From: a virus
Length of the DNA: 56,377 nt
Reading direction: 5' to 3' (one strand)
IMG/VR virus record: IMGVR_UViG_3300024254_000001
Span: 1 to 56,377 of that record
The notes under the pieces were generated by a model. It saw only the letters and a list, made by a program, of their open reading frames with translations. It ran no database searches and was not told the origin of the DNA. Both the position numbers and the translations under genes were made by a program. Within the stretch, counting starts at the first letter, position 1. Every line of letters begins with the position of its first letter. This document shows, piece after piece, positions 42,601 to 51,010 of the stretch.

Positions 42601-45600
42601 TTTGACATCTCCAGGCAGGACACCACAAGCCCCGGCGTTCTGGCGCAAAGGCTGGTCCAGGACGCCAGAAGGTCAGGACGTGACCCAGTGATCCTTACCA
42701 AGCGTCTGACGGCTCTAATGGACAAGCAGAGCGGAAGGGTCTATCTCGTCTCGACCTATCCGAGCGGCAGAACCGGCGCGATGCTGCTTGACCCGTCTGT
42801 GTCCACAATCAGGGCACACCGCCCACTGTCCCAAATATTGGCACGATACCGCCCGCTTGCCTCGCTGCTCCTGGATGAACCTGTCCAAAACTTCAAACAG
42901 GCATTTGATTCCGTTGGCGATTTCGAGGCTAAGCTGGCGACCGATGCCCGGCGAGCTTCGCAGCAAGTGTTTGAGGAGCCTTTGCGAGAGGGTGAGCAGC
43001 CGGAACCCGGCTCCTGGGAGCACGGAGCGCCGATCACCGATGCGGAAGCAGCCTCGATCATGGACCATATCACGAGCGAGGTTGGCAAGTTCAATGAGGT
43101 AACCGATGTGCAAGCATCACTTGCCGCCCTGAAAGAGGACAGCAATCCCCAGGTTTTGTCCGCTTACCGGAAGCTCTCAGAGGAGTTGCTTCGCCGGAAC
43201 CCGGATTTGTCGGATGAAGGTTTGATCAATCAATTGGCACAGAATATTTATGACAACCACGCAACTGCCCCGGACCTTGAAACGTTTGTCAAAAGGACAA
43301 TGGCGCAAGGACGTGCCGAAAATCGCCCGAGTGCTCCGCTTGCAGGAGAGCCGGGACCGTCTAAAACGTCCAAAGAATTAACGATGCCGATTCGGCGGCG
43401 ACCCCCGACCGATATACGACCGGAGAACATTCCCGCCGAAGCAGCCGCGAGACTGGCAACGGGAACCAGACCAGCCCCAACCGCTCCAGAGGGGAGTCTA
43501 GTGCCAACTTCGCCCGCTGGAGCAATCCGGCTTGGTGAAGGTGAACCGCCAGCCGCCTTTGATAAAGCGCTTGCCGCCGCAAAAGATGAAGTGGAGCGCG
43601 TCAGGGATGCCGCCAAACTCCTGACAAGCCGCAGTGCAATGGTCGGCGATGTGGCTAAGACCATCGATCAGGTTGATAACCGGAAGAACAACGAGGCGAT
43701 CCAGCAGGAGAACAATATCCGGCTGGCATCAGTCAGGAAGCCGACCGGCGTAGCTCGATTTACTCAGCCGTGGCAGCGAGGCAATAAAGAGGTGCTGGCC
43801 GCTGCCAACGCCGTTGTGGAATCCCAGGGCATCCAGTCAAAGCTCGCCGACTTCCGAGCGAAGCTCCAGCAGGCCAAACTCAACGCTGAAACGATGGCTC
43901 AGAGTGGGTCATGGCGCGAGCGACGGCTGGCCAAGGCTTACGAGAAAGACATTGCCGCGAGCTTGGCTGAGGTGGAGTACGCCGATGCACATTGGAATGA
44001 CCCTGAGTTAAAGGAGACGGCTCGCCGGGTGAAACGCGCCCTCGACCAGCAATACGCTTTGGAGAAATCAAGCGGGTTCGACCTGAACAAAGAGCCGGGT
44101 TACGTCCCTCACCGGTTGCTTGGTGTCTGGGGTGGGGCGGAAACGCTTTTCCAGTTGCCCCGAGTCATCGGCACCAAATACCGGATGCCGCGAACATTCC
44201 CCACGCACTACGATGCTCTGGAATCTGGCCCTTACATGCGGGTCACCCACGACGTTGCCTCCCTGGTTGGCCATCGCGTGCGGCAAGGCTTGGGCAACAT
44301 CTACCGGCATGAATGGAAAGCCGGATTGCTCCAGGTCAAATTTCCCGATGGCACTCCGATGGCGCTTCCGGCCAAACAGGGCAAGCACGGAGCGCAATCC
44401 CCCAACCCTGCCTACAAAGTAATTGATACGAACGGATTGGGGCCGATCGCGGTTCACGAGGACATTTACAAACCTCTGCGCTCGCTCCTCGCGCCGAGCT
44501 ATTTCGATGACGCACCGATTCCCCGAGCAGCGTTGCACCTGGAGCAGATGTTGAAGCACAGCCTTCTAATCGGTGACTTTTTCCACTTCGCCCGCATGGC
44601 GTATTACGGAGGCTCCATCATCGGCAAACAGGTCTTAGGTCTGGGCGATGCTGGACGGCTTGGCAAATCCGGATGGTCAGCGCTCGACATCGCGGAGCCG
44701 AATGTGAGGGAGGCGATTCGCAAGGGTGTCATCAGCCAGAAGGATGCCGATTGGGCCAATGCCAGGGTCAACGGGATAACCCGCAGACAGATTGTAGAAA
44801 TGGCGTACAAAAACTTTGGAGCGAACTTGGGCAAGGTGTCCGATGCGCTTTACAAAGACCTGCTCACCGACCTGACGCCGACCGCTGGCCCGGTTCAGCG
44901 TGGCATCCATAGGCTGGTTGATCCGAGTGTGGGGCGGTACAACCGTTTCCTGTTCGAGCGCATGACCCGGGGCATCATGGCTGAATCCATTGTCAGCGAA
45001 TTCGAGCGGCAGAGCAAAGCGAAGCCCAATGCGAGTCCGGACGCTCTCATGCGGGACATTTCCCGAGACGTCAACGAGCGATTTGGCAACATCGGCAGGC
45101 AGGGAGTTTTCAAGAGCAAAACCGCTCAGGATTTCGCCCGATTCCTCATGCTCGCTCCGCAATGGGTGGAAGGCATGGCACGAACGGAAGCCCGTTCCTA
45201 CGGCAGACTCACCGGCGCTTCCAAACTGCTTGGCCAGCGTCAGGACGTCACGCCACTGGGAACCACAGGCCGGAGCGTTGGCAAAGGATTGGTGTTCATG
45301 TTCGGATTGACGCAAGCGATCAATATGCTGACTCGCGGCAAGCCGACCTGGAAGAACGATGAGGAAGGGCACAAGATGGATGCCTGGATTCCGTCCTGGG
45401 GCAGCAACAAGGAAGGATTTTGGTTCAGCCCGCTCTCAGTGTTCAACGAAGTCACCCACGACCTTTACCGCCTTGGTGAAGCGAAATTACAGGGCAACAA
45501 ACCGGTGGGCGATGCTGCGATTGACATTCTCTCCAACAAAGAGAGTCCCATCAGCCGCGCTTTGGTTGTGATGGGCACCGGCAAAACTTCGCGAGGCGAG

Positions 45601-46161
45601 AGGATTACGAGCACTGCCGGGAGGTACCTGACTGAACCCGCCAAAGCAATGGCTCCGATGCCGATCACATTCGGCAAGTATGGACAGGCGGCGGGTCACG
45701 CTCTGGCACCGAGCCTTGTGCCGCCAGTTGCCCCAGGGGCGATGCAGCGTCAGGCGTTTGGCACCGCAGGTTTGAAGATTGAACCGGCGCAAAGTCAACC
45801 GGCGAGGGTTCGCAGGATGGCTGAGCAGTTCATGCGCGAATCGGGTTTGAAGAAAGAGACGGGTTGGGAGCAGGTAATGACCGATGAACAGAGCTACACC
45901 AAGCTTCGTCAGGCCATTCGGGACGGGGACAACGTTCGCGCCAAGAAGGTGTATGACTCGCTGCTTAAAGGCAGGACACCGCAACAGATCGTCAAATACA
46001 TGAAGCAGGCCAGCCGGGCACCGTTCACCGGAAATTCCAAAGCTGAAAAAGGTTTCATTGGCTCGCTCGATGACAAAGGGATTGAGGCGTACGACGCCGC
46101 CAGACAGCAGATGATGGATGATTTTGAGAGGTTCGCAGATTGGTATAACCAACAGGAATAG
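39670..46161 (+). CDS. Giant virion/ejection-type protein (2163 aa)
   Basis: Single uninterrupted 6.5-kb ORF with Gly/Ala-rich hydrophobic segments near the N-terminus. The motif P-[AG]-A-F-[QD]-K occurs four times. No polymerase or lysozyme motif was recognised by eye. Confidence 0.9.
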   Translation: MASYEVSAPDGRRFRIEGDQPPGEDDLDKIFNQPAVPTFEPRADIAPETPRDVEEAQRMGSPTRELAHTFDVAGRGLVGGLADLGKVFFRPVTEELYPEQATPGPVTAPFENLEVAGDTRVPLPAKNLAPLPASAQFAGHAAQGLIETTPKIAGVAGLEMAGIPAPIAAGAVFGQTEQGFDPKQAAIAAGLPLLGRVSGGTVGTVAKLLGVESPKALNWMKGIAGTAGPAGAMLAEGEREISKLPKKQQETARNQLWESIAGQAALGPMGVRFEKGLNASQNRTSTQVHGDVRPQPGEGAGQVPLESSRQGVQPQSEAGASQEGQARVLLSDEEYLAHERQAIEEAERLGSPATAVDEFSGQTEDQPFAGAFMLPTQSGMEIRSPNFRSWLESIPKEKRAQAITQRVLEEHIHRHVSNEDAAAYNKTLTGLERAIEHRAYTGEWSPETLQQKRGVKFSESQLGHEAIRRRMQRLMGGSSSEVAEAALRERWTLKSLEALSDMVRNVREGFGTKASGEGVKLLNKLEDNLSAARAAVSGQQQPGAFQKEDTSDAVQQFEERLKAGQGGNKISTEAGLGAKSISDLEALKSIRETAIEKRDDVMKRLHSATPDKQGALFAEAMKLNSDLQLAREAIEVATDTGSWQESEQHVAPLGDRPMNWRDNPEVADWLKEHGKGLGITLPDELAQQPAAFQKDYDERLGDIVRGNESQAAEFRRLAKEAGTPVMRVRYQREADKLQRAADAIKAAVPEWEHRSTPAAFQKEFGLPPGKPGEERGGVPPLKGELPLTSTTPGEARPSATELGAKAFTARDLEQAGEAHIKEQTSRVLSQLEAGKRVTPISFDDYQTAMQHKYGDLKPGQLFEGYQDTLNKTLLSASGRELEALAKSVGVKTSGKIADPSTVQGFGLKLEPGSRKVAEQMRAEEKGASQRQRYRNSVISRVAEKLLSDAAPETKTPSRTNISPEDLRLADETKQPGFFDISRQDTTSPGVLAQRLVQDARRSGRDPVILTKRLTALMDKQSGRVYLVSTYPSGRTGAMLLDPSVSTIRAHRPLSQILARYRPLASLLLDEPVQNFKQAFDSVGDFEAKLATDARRASQQVFEEPLREGEQPEPGSWEHGAPITDAEAASIMDHITSEVGKFNEVTDVQASLAALKEDSNPQVLSAYRKLSEELLRRNPDLSDEGLINQLAQNIYDNHATAPDLETFVKRTMAQGRAENRPSAPLAGEPGPSKTSKELTMPIRRRPPTDIRPENIPAEAAARLATGTRPAPTAPEGSLVPTSPAGAIRLGEGEPPAAFDKALAAAKDEVERVRDAAKLLTSRSAMVGDVAKTIDQVDNRKNNEAIQQENNIRLASVRKPTGVARFTQPWQRGNKEVLAAANAVVESQGIQSKLADFRAKLQQAKLNAETMAQSGSWRERRLAKAYEKDIAASLAEVEYADAHWNDPELKETARRVKRALDQQYALEKSSGFDLNKEPGYVPHRLLGVWGGAETLFQLPRVIGTKYRMPRTFPTHYDALESGPYMRVTHDVASLVGHRVRQGLGNIYRHEWKAGLLQVKFPDGTPMALPAKQGKHGAQSPNPAYKVIDTNGLGPIAVHEDIYKPLRSLLAPSYFDDAPIPRAALHLEQMLKHSLLIGDFFHFARMAYYGGSIIGKQVLGLGDAGRLGKSGWSALDIAEPNVREAIRKGVISQKDADWANARVNGITRRQIVEMAYKNFGANLGKVSDALYKDLLTDLTPTAGPVQRGIHRLVDPSVGRYNRFLFERMTRGIMAESIVSEFERQSKAKPNASPDALMRDISRDVNERFGNIGRQGVFKSKTAQDFARFLMLAPQWVEGMARTEARSYGRLTGASKLLGQRQDVTPLGTTGRSVGKGLVFMFGLTQAINMLTRGKPTWKNDEEGHKMDAWIPSWGSNKEGFWFSPLSVFNEVTHDLYRLGEAKLQGNKPVGDAAIDILSNKESPISRALVVMGTGKTSRGERITSTAGRYLTEPAKAMAPMPITFGKYGQAAGHALAPSLVPPVAPGAMQRQAFGTAGLKIEPAQSQPARVRRMAEQFMRESGLKKETGWEQVMTDEQSYTKLRQAIRDGDNVRAKKVYDSLLKGRTPQQIVKYMKQASRAPFTGNSKAEKGFIGSLDDKGIEAYDAARQQMMDDFERFADWYNQQE

Positions 46162-46349
46162 GGTGAAGCGCAAGGGATACGCCAGGGGTGAAGCGAGGCG
46201 CGAGCCTTGGGAGGATTACGCTGAGAGAGCTATTGGGCTGGTGAACGAGGTTGCCTCGACCGGCGAGAGTGGGCAGTACGCAATCAAGAGGAAGCTTCGT
46301 GAGTTGATTGCCGAGTGTTGGCAGGAGGCGACTGGTAAAATCGTGAGGC

Positions 46350-46784
46350 TCAACCCCCCCGGGCACACTCAGCCTGAACCATCGCCTGAATTAGCTCGTC
46401 TTGCGGCTTTGGGTCAGGATCGGGGTCAACGTCTTCCAAAGGTTCACCGCTAATGCTGCCTTCCGTGGTGTAAACAGTACAAACCCTGTCTTCCTCCGGG
46501 AAAAGCATATCAATCGTTTTGCCCTGGAACAGCGCTTTGTGGCAGAAGCCAAATCCTTTGACGACCTTGATTCCTATGCCGGTTTCCATCTGTTCGAACA
46601 ATCGCTTTTTGTCGATCGCTTCGACCTGACGAACCCGGTAAAACACAAGGTCCAAATCCTTTCGTGTCCCTTCCTTGTAAAGCAATCCACCGGTGAGCGC
46701 GACAAAGCACCCGTGGTTTTCGCTGAAATTGTGGATGGCTCTGCACACTTCAAAAGCCTCCTCTCTGTTCCATTCAGTATTCAT
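46350..46784 (-). CDS. Minimal nucleotidyltransferase-fold (pol-beta superfamily) protein
   Basis: LTGGLLYKEGTRKDLDLVFY fits the G[GS]-x9-13-DxD pattern, and a later acidic residue lies in TIDMLFPEE. Confidence 0.6.
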   Translation of the reverse strand: MNTEWNREEAFEVCRAIHNFSENHGCFVALTGGLLYKEGTRKDLDLVFYRVRQVEAIDKKRLFEQMETGIGIKVVKGFGFCHKALFQGKTIDMLFPEEDRVCTVYTTEGSISGEPLEDVDPDPDPKPQDELIQAMVQAECARGG

Positions 46785-47146
46785 TTGTTCATCAGTCCAG
46801 TAACAGGGTCATAGCCGGTGGAAATGTAGAATCGGTACCGGTCTTTGATAGGGATCACGACATTGGTTTGACCGGGCGCGAAAATGCCGTCATTGCGCCA
46901 GCCATCCGGGAACTTTATTGCCAGATTGGTTGTGGAATAAATGACCACATCGTTGGTCTGCGCAACCCAGGAAAACATGAGGTTGGTTTTGGCCGGTAGA
47001 GGAATCGCATTGGTGGCACGCATATCCTTCAACGCTTGCAGCTTGGCGCGAATAGTGGCGAGATTGTGAATGCTGACGAGATTGTTTGTGTTGGTCTGCG
47101 CGTGAACGCAGAGCGGCAGAGCTATGAGGAGACAGGGGAGTTTCAT
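46781..47146 (-). CDS. Secreted protein (signal peptide)
   Basis: MKLPCLLIALPLCVHAQT is an N-terminal signal-like sequence. Confidence 0.65.
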   Translation of the reverse strand: MKLPCLLIALPLCVHAQTNTNNLVSIHNLATIRAKLQALKDMRATNAIPLPAKTNLMFSWVAQTNDVVIYSTTNLAIKFPDGWRNDGIFAPGQTNVVIPIKDRYRFYISTGYDPVTGLMNK

Positions 47147-47427
47147 GATTTTTTGAGTTGTTCTGCAACAGGGTCGGAGTGATTGCGCCGGAACCGTTCA
47201 AACATTTCTGCATGACCATCCGCATTCCGGTTGTCCATTTTCAACGCAATACTTTCCAACGTGTCAATCCATCCAGGCCGGGCAATGGATAGCTCCGCGA
47301 GCGCTAAAAGAATCATCTGCCGCTCAGCATCCTCGACCGTGAAAGTGAAATTCTGCGCGTAACGTATCGCTGCCAGCGCTTCCTCCGATGATTTGAACGC
47401 GTCACCCGTTGGAAATTTACTACTCAA
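47143..47427 (-). CDS. Hypothetical protein (94 aa), TTG start
   Basis: ORF from the track. AAGGTG lies 5 nt upstream of the TTG. Confidence 0.5.
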   Translation of the reverse strand: MSSKFPTGDAFKSSEEALAAIRYAQNFTFTVEDAERQMILLALAELSIARPGWIDTLESIALKMDNRNADGHAEMFERFRRNHSDPVAEQLKKS

Positions 47428-47436
47428 AATGGCACC

Positions 47437-47889
47437 TTAGATTCTGTAGATTTCGATCCTGGTTTCTTCTGCCGCCCCTTCATCAGCTTTTTGTTGGCTG
47501 ACTTCAATCTTCGCTGTTCCCGGAGAGTCCTTTGGTAAGACTCCAGAGTAGCGGCAGCAGTCAACATGGTACTTCTCACACAAGTTGTCTTCGTCAAGGA
47601 GTCGCTTGCGGACTGATATAACGCGGACAAGAAAGCGCCCTGAATTTCCTCTTTGAGCTTGTACCTTGCCCAATGCTCCATCCCTAGCAATTCGTTCCAG
47701 CTTGGGAGCCTGCCCGCCACCGTCAGGGAGAATATCAGTTCGCCCTGTTTCGTGGGCTGCGGCTCGAATGTCAGTTGCTCGCTCATCATCGTTCCTTATC
47801 AATTCTCCGTTGACCACCTTGAACCCGGCGCGGCTCCATGCCTCAGAAGGTTTCTCGCTCATCCGTAACCTCCTCCGCATTTCGGGCAA
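47437..47889 (-). CDS. RusA-like (Holliday-junction resolvase-like) protein; frame ambiguity with 47424..47789
   Basis: The C-terminal RFLVRVISVRKRLLDEDNLCEKYHVDCCRYSGVLPKDSPGTAKIEVSQQKA...TRIEI fits the RusA pattern D.DN..K..D.L...G...DS....V. Confidence 0.5.
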   Translation of the reverse strand: MPEMRRRLRMSEKPSEAWSRAGFKVVNGELIRNDDERATDIRAAAHETGRTDILPDGGGQAPKLERIARDGALGKVQAQRGNSGRFLVRVISVRKRLLDEDNLCEKYHVDCCRYSGVLPKDSPGTAKIEVSQQKADEGAAEETRIEIYRI

Positions 47890-48013
47890 TACCAGCCCCG
47901 TTTTTTGATTACAAAAAATCCGTTACCAGTCTGCAAGCTCTCGCCAGGAACAAGCCTCACGAGCAAAGCCTTGTCGCACCCAAATTTGGTGCAACGCAGA
48001 GGATAAGCGCGTT

Positions 48014-48313
48014 TCATGATTTCGGCCTCGAAACGCCGCTGTAACCGATGCGCGGTATTTCAATGTCGTAATCCACCCCACACCGAAATTGCATCGCGTT
48101 TTTTAGCCCGTGGTTGGTCCGGATTGAATAAGGCGTCCACATGGCGACTTTGCCTTGCCACCAAAGCGAGTCACCGGGGTTTATCCTCTCCGATTGCGCA
48201 TTACGCTCGACGTACAAAGCCCGCTTGTCGTGGCACAACTCGTGGCGCTCGACGCACATGACCCAAACCCTGTCGGATAACACGATTTTTTCTATGACGA
48301 CGCCTCCGATCAT
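48014..48313 (-). CDS. Hypothetical protein (99 aa)
   Basis: ORF with a 4-nt overlap to the upstream gene. Confidence 0.55.
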   Translation of the reverse strand: MIGGVVIEKIVLSDRVWVMCVERHELCHDKRALYVERNAQSERINPGDSLWWQGKVAMWTPYSIRTNHGLKNAMQFRCGVDYDIEIPRIGYSGVSRPKS

Positions 48314-49188
48314 ACGACCATTAGTTTCTCCAATCGCATCAGTCGGAATTCTAGGGCGTTTATTTCATACCAAACGCACCCCGGAACATGCGGGAAGAAA
48401 TACGGGTAAGTCGGCGCAGTTTGAGCGCACTTGCAGCGCACTTGCAGGGTGGATTTCTGGATTTCGCTCGGCAGCGTATGCCCCGAACCGCTTGTTGCAG
48501 GTGGAACCGTGTAAAATCTTTCGTTCTCAACGAACCTAATGTCCACGGTGGCATCGTCCTCGATACGTTGGTCTGGGTTATTTCCAGACCCTTCGAGGTA
48601 TATGCCGTAACCGCGCTTTACATCCGAAAGCCTCATTCGTATCTGACTCCCGGTGGTCGGGCTTGCTGTGTCAAACCGTTCCCCATCCACGAAGTAGGGA
48701 TACGTTTGAGCGGGTTTGGCGTCTGGTTTGGTGTCGTTCATCTTAGGATGTTTGAGAACCATCGCCGATATGTCTTCGGCCCACTTTTGAAGACTTGGGC
48801 CGTCGCTATACGAGCCGTCAGATTCCAAAATCCGAACAGCCCCGCACGAGCAGTATTCAGCTAATGAATCTGGAATTGGCTGCCAGTGGTTCTTGCCACA
48901 TTTTTTGCAAAGGTGGATGCGCCGAGATTCGGACTCGGTATGCCCTTTTGCGAGGTCATTATCCCCGCCAGCAGATACCGCCGTGGTCGCACCACCGACT
49001 TGCGCACCCTCAAGCTCAACAAAATCAGCAACCTTGTTTTGCGCGGACTTTAACAGCACTACAGCCTCAGTAAGCAGTGTGTGGCAGCCCGCCGCCTCCA
49101 CGGCATCTATGGCATTTGCAATCGCCTTTTCCGCAGTACTGTACTGTAACGTGTCGCACCGTCTCGGTATTCCGTTAGTGATTTTCAT
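48310..49188 (-). CDS. Hypothetical protein with a Zn-ribbon and a beta-grasp (multiubiquitin-like?) segment
   Basis: Contains CKKCGKNHW...CSCG. YPYFVDGERFDTASPTTGSQIRMRLSDVKRGYGIYLEGSGNNPDQRIEDDATVDI...ERFYTVPPATSG resembles the Multiubiquitin pattern, from memory. Confidence 0.7.
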   Translation of the reverse strand: MKITNGIPRRCDTLQYSTAEKAIANAIDAVEAAGCHTLLTEAVVLLKSAQNKVADFVELEGAQVGGATTAVSAGGDNDLAKGHTESESRRIHLCKKCGKNHWQPIPDSLAEYCSCGAVRILESDGSYSDGPSLQKWAEDISAMVLKHPKMNDTKPDAKPAQTYPYFVDGERFDTASPTTGSQIRMRLSDVKRGYGIYLEGSGNNPDQRIEDDATVDIRFVENERFYTVPPATSGSGHTLPSEIQKSTLQVRCKCAQTAPTYPYFFPHVPGCVWYEINALEFRLMRLEKLMVV

Positions 49189-49351
49189 TACTTCTCTCCT
49201 TTAGGTTATCAAGTGTAGCTAGCGCGTGCGTAGCATTGAGCGCAGCCTGTGTGAATTTAAGTGCCTCATCCGCACTCCTGGAGTTAGCTGCTTTTTCAGC
49301 GGCAGCGCGTATCGCTTCTTCGAGTATCGCTTCTTCGCGTTTGTATTTCAT
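49175..49351 (-). CDS. Small helical ORF (58 aa, below the ORF-track cutoff)
   Basis: MKYKREEAILEEAIRAAAEKAANSRSADEALKFTQAALNATHALATLDNLKERSNENH. It overlaps the next start by 14 nt. Confidence 0.4.
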   Translation of the reverse strand: MKYKREEAILEEAIRAAAEKAANSRSADEALKFTQAALNATHALATLDNLKERSNENH

Positions 49352-49360
49352 GGTTTTATC

Positions 49361-49630
49361 TCATGTTTTATTTTTCCGTTCATCTCGCTCCCTACTGTAA
49401 CCCTCCTGAATACCTGCCTCCATAAGCGCTTTCATTTCGGCAACGACACCGGCGCGGTCACCGTTGGCAATGTAGTTGGTTCGTCCCGGAGCGCCCCCAA
49501 ATGGAAACGTGAGCAGCGCAAAGCCCCAGCCTTGCGGCAATTGCTCGTCAATCAGGCGAGCTATGGTCTGCATCTGGTCACGGACATTTGAGTCTTTACC
49601 GCCCTCCGGCGCGGCTTCGTTAGTGTTCAT
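49361..49630 (-). CDS. Hypothetical protein (89 aa)
   Basis: ORF with a 4-nt overlap to the upstream gene. Confidence 0.6.
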   Translation of the reverse strand: MNTNEAAPEGGKDSNVRDQMQTIARLIDEQLPQGWGFALLTFPFGGAPGRTNYIANGDRAGVVAEMKALMEAGIQEGYSRERDERKNKT

Positions 49631-50292
49631 GCTGGCAATAGTTCCATCGCTTTTTCTACCTGGAAATTGAGCATCGATCGCTGGTTGTCAGGACAACCCT
49701 GCTCCAGAAGCGGCAACCCGGTTTCAATGCTGTGCAGTATCTCCGCTCGCGTTGCGGGCCTGCCCTCGCGCCACCACGTCACGCTATCAGGTTTCCCGAT
49801 GCGGATTAGCTTCTTTCCCGCACCATCTGGGAAGAACGTCCATTGCTTGGTTTCCCAAATCGCCATTGCGCCAGGGTTTCTTTCAATCATTACGCCAGCC
49901 GGAGCAGAGCCGAATTTTTCCAGCACCTCATTCTCACGCCGCGTCATGCCGGGCCTGCTCAGGAACGGGCATCCTTTAACCGACCATTCGGCACATTCCA
50001 AATGTGAGGGCGGCTCAGACGTCACGCGATTGACCACGCACATAGGCCCGATGACGAACGCCTTGCGCTCTCCGGCCATCTTGCCGCCGCAAACCCAGCA
50101 TAGCTTTTGCGCAACGCACAGTTGATACTTGGCGCGATCGGCCATCTGAAACTCCGGTTTGCCGTTCACCCAGGCGACAAAGAACGGCACCGGGTAACCG
50201 CGCTTCTGGTCTATCGGCAACCGTTTGAGACGTTCAGTGAGAGGAGGCAAGTCGCCGCGCAACGTGCCGTTGTGGAATGGACATTCACTCAT
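49627..50292 (-). CDS. Conserved Cys-containing hypothetical protein (221 aa)
   Basis: Contains GYPVPFFVAW...LCWVCGG...FVIGPMC...EPPSHLECAEWSVKGCPFL. This looks like a recurrent phage family of unknown function. Confidence 0.75.
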   Translation of the reverse strand: MSECPFHNGTLRGDLPPLTERLKRLPIDQKRGYPVPFFVAWVNGKPEFQMADRAKYQLCVAQKLCWVCGGKMAGERKAFVIGPMCVVNRVTSEPPSHLECAEWSVKGCPFLSRPGMTRRENEVLEKFGSAPAGVMIERNPGAMAIWETKQWTFFPDGAGKKLIRIGKPDSVTWWREGRPATRAEILHSIETGLPLLEQGCPDNQRSMLNFQVEKAMELLPA

Positions 50293-50341
50293 AAAGTTTT
50301 TTTAATTTGTCGTAAGCGGCCATCACACCACGGAACGATAA

Positions 50342-50521
50342 TCATACCCCAGCCCCCTCCCGGAGCTTGCGAAAGTATTCCTTCCGCGCTTCCGGTGTCA
50401 GGCCGATAATCAGCCCGGCGCTCTTGAACTCAGGAGATAGCTCACCCTGGGCAGCTTTGGCTTTCTTAGCGGCCCGCGAGCGATTCAACCGCTCCATCTC
50501 TTTGATCTCTTTCAGCGTCAT
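50342..50521 (-). CDS. Small basic ORF (59 aa, below the ORF-track cutoff)
   Basis: MTLKEIKEMERLNRSRAAKKAKAAQGELSPEFKSAGLIIGLTPEARKEYFRKLREGAGV. GGAGGG lies upstream of the ATG. Confidence 0.4.
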   Translation of the reverse strand: MTLKEIKEMERLNRSRAAKKAKAAQGELSPEFKSAGLIIGLTPEARKEYFRKLREGAGV

Positions 50522-50648
50522 AAAATTATCCCTCCGTGGATGCTTGATTGCGGTTTAATACCGTCTGCCCAACCGTTTGACCCACCTACAAGAATGGGCA
50601 TCAAGACAATTCCCGCCGCCACGGATCGGCGGATGCAATGGGCAAAAT

Positions 50649-50849
50649 TCATATTGGAGGGTTCTCCATTTCGTGCTCAAACATGCGCTTGAAAAGATTG
50701 TCCGTAAACCTCAAGCACAGGTCACAGACCAACACCAGCCCACCACTCGGACCTTCCCAGCAATGCGTTATAGGATATTCACAGTGGAAGCACGGGCCAA
50801 GTGTCCTTGCAATCGGAGGAGGCACGAATTTTTTACGCTGGCGGCTCAT
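50649..50849 (-). CDS. Small zinc-ribbon protein (66 aa)
   Basis: MSRQRKKF...CFHCEYPITHC...CDLC. ATGA overlap with the upstream micro-gene. Confidence 0.5.
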   Translation of the reverse strand: MSRQRKKFVPPPIARTLGPCFHCEYPITHCWEGPSGGLVLVCDLCLRFTDNLFKRMFEHEMENPPI

Positions 50850-51010
50850 TTGTGAAACTGTCCACAGAGCAGGCACGGCTTGCGCTTGCGAGTCTTGCGC
50901 TTCCGACCAGCCCAAGAATCAATCTTTTTGTGTTTCGGAGCAATGCGCTTGCACACATGGATCGAAAAGCGCGAGGCAACGATGCCGCCGCAGTCAGGAC
51001 AGAAAATCAT
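50846..51010 (-). CDS. Small zinc-ribbon protein (54 aa, below the ORF-track cutoff)
   Basis: MIFCPDCGGIVASRFSIHVCKRIAPKHKKIDSWAGRKRKTRKRKPCLLCGQFHK. ATGA overlaps at both ends. Confidence 0.45.
   Translation of the reverse strand: MIFCPDCGGIVASRFSIHVCKRIAPKHKKIDSWAGRKRKTRKRKPCLLCGQFHK

Noticed and set aside
39670-46161. Giant ORF as an N4-like virion RNA polymerase or as a tape-measure protein
   Set aside because: I could not find single-subunit RNAP motifs by eye. The surrounding nozzle and internal-protein layout looks podovirus-like rather than long-tailed. Function left open.
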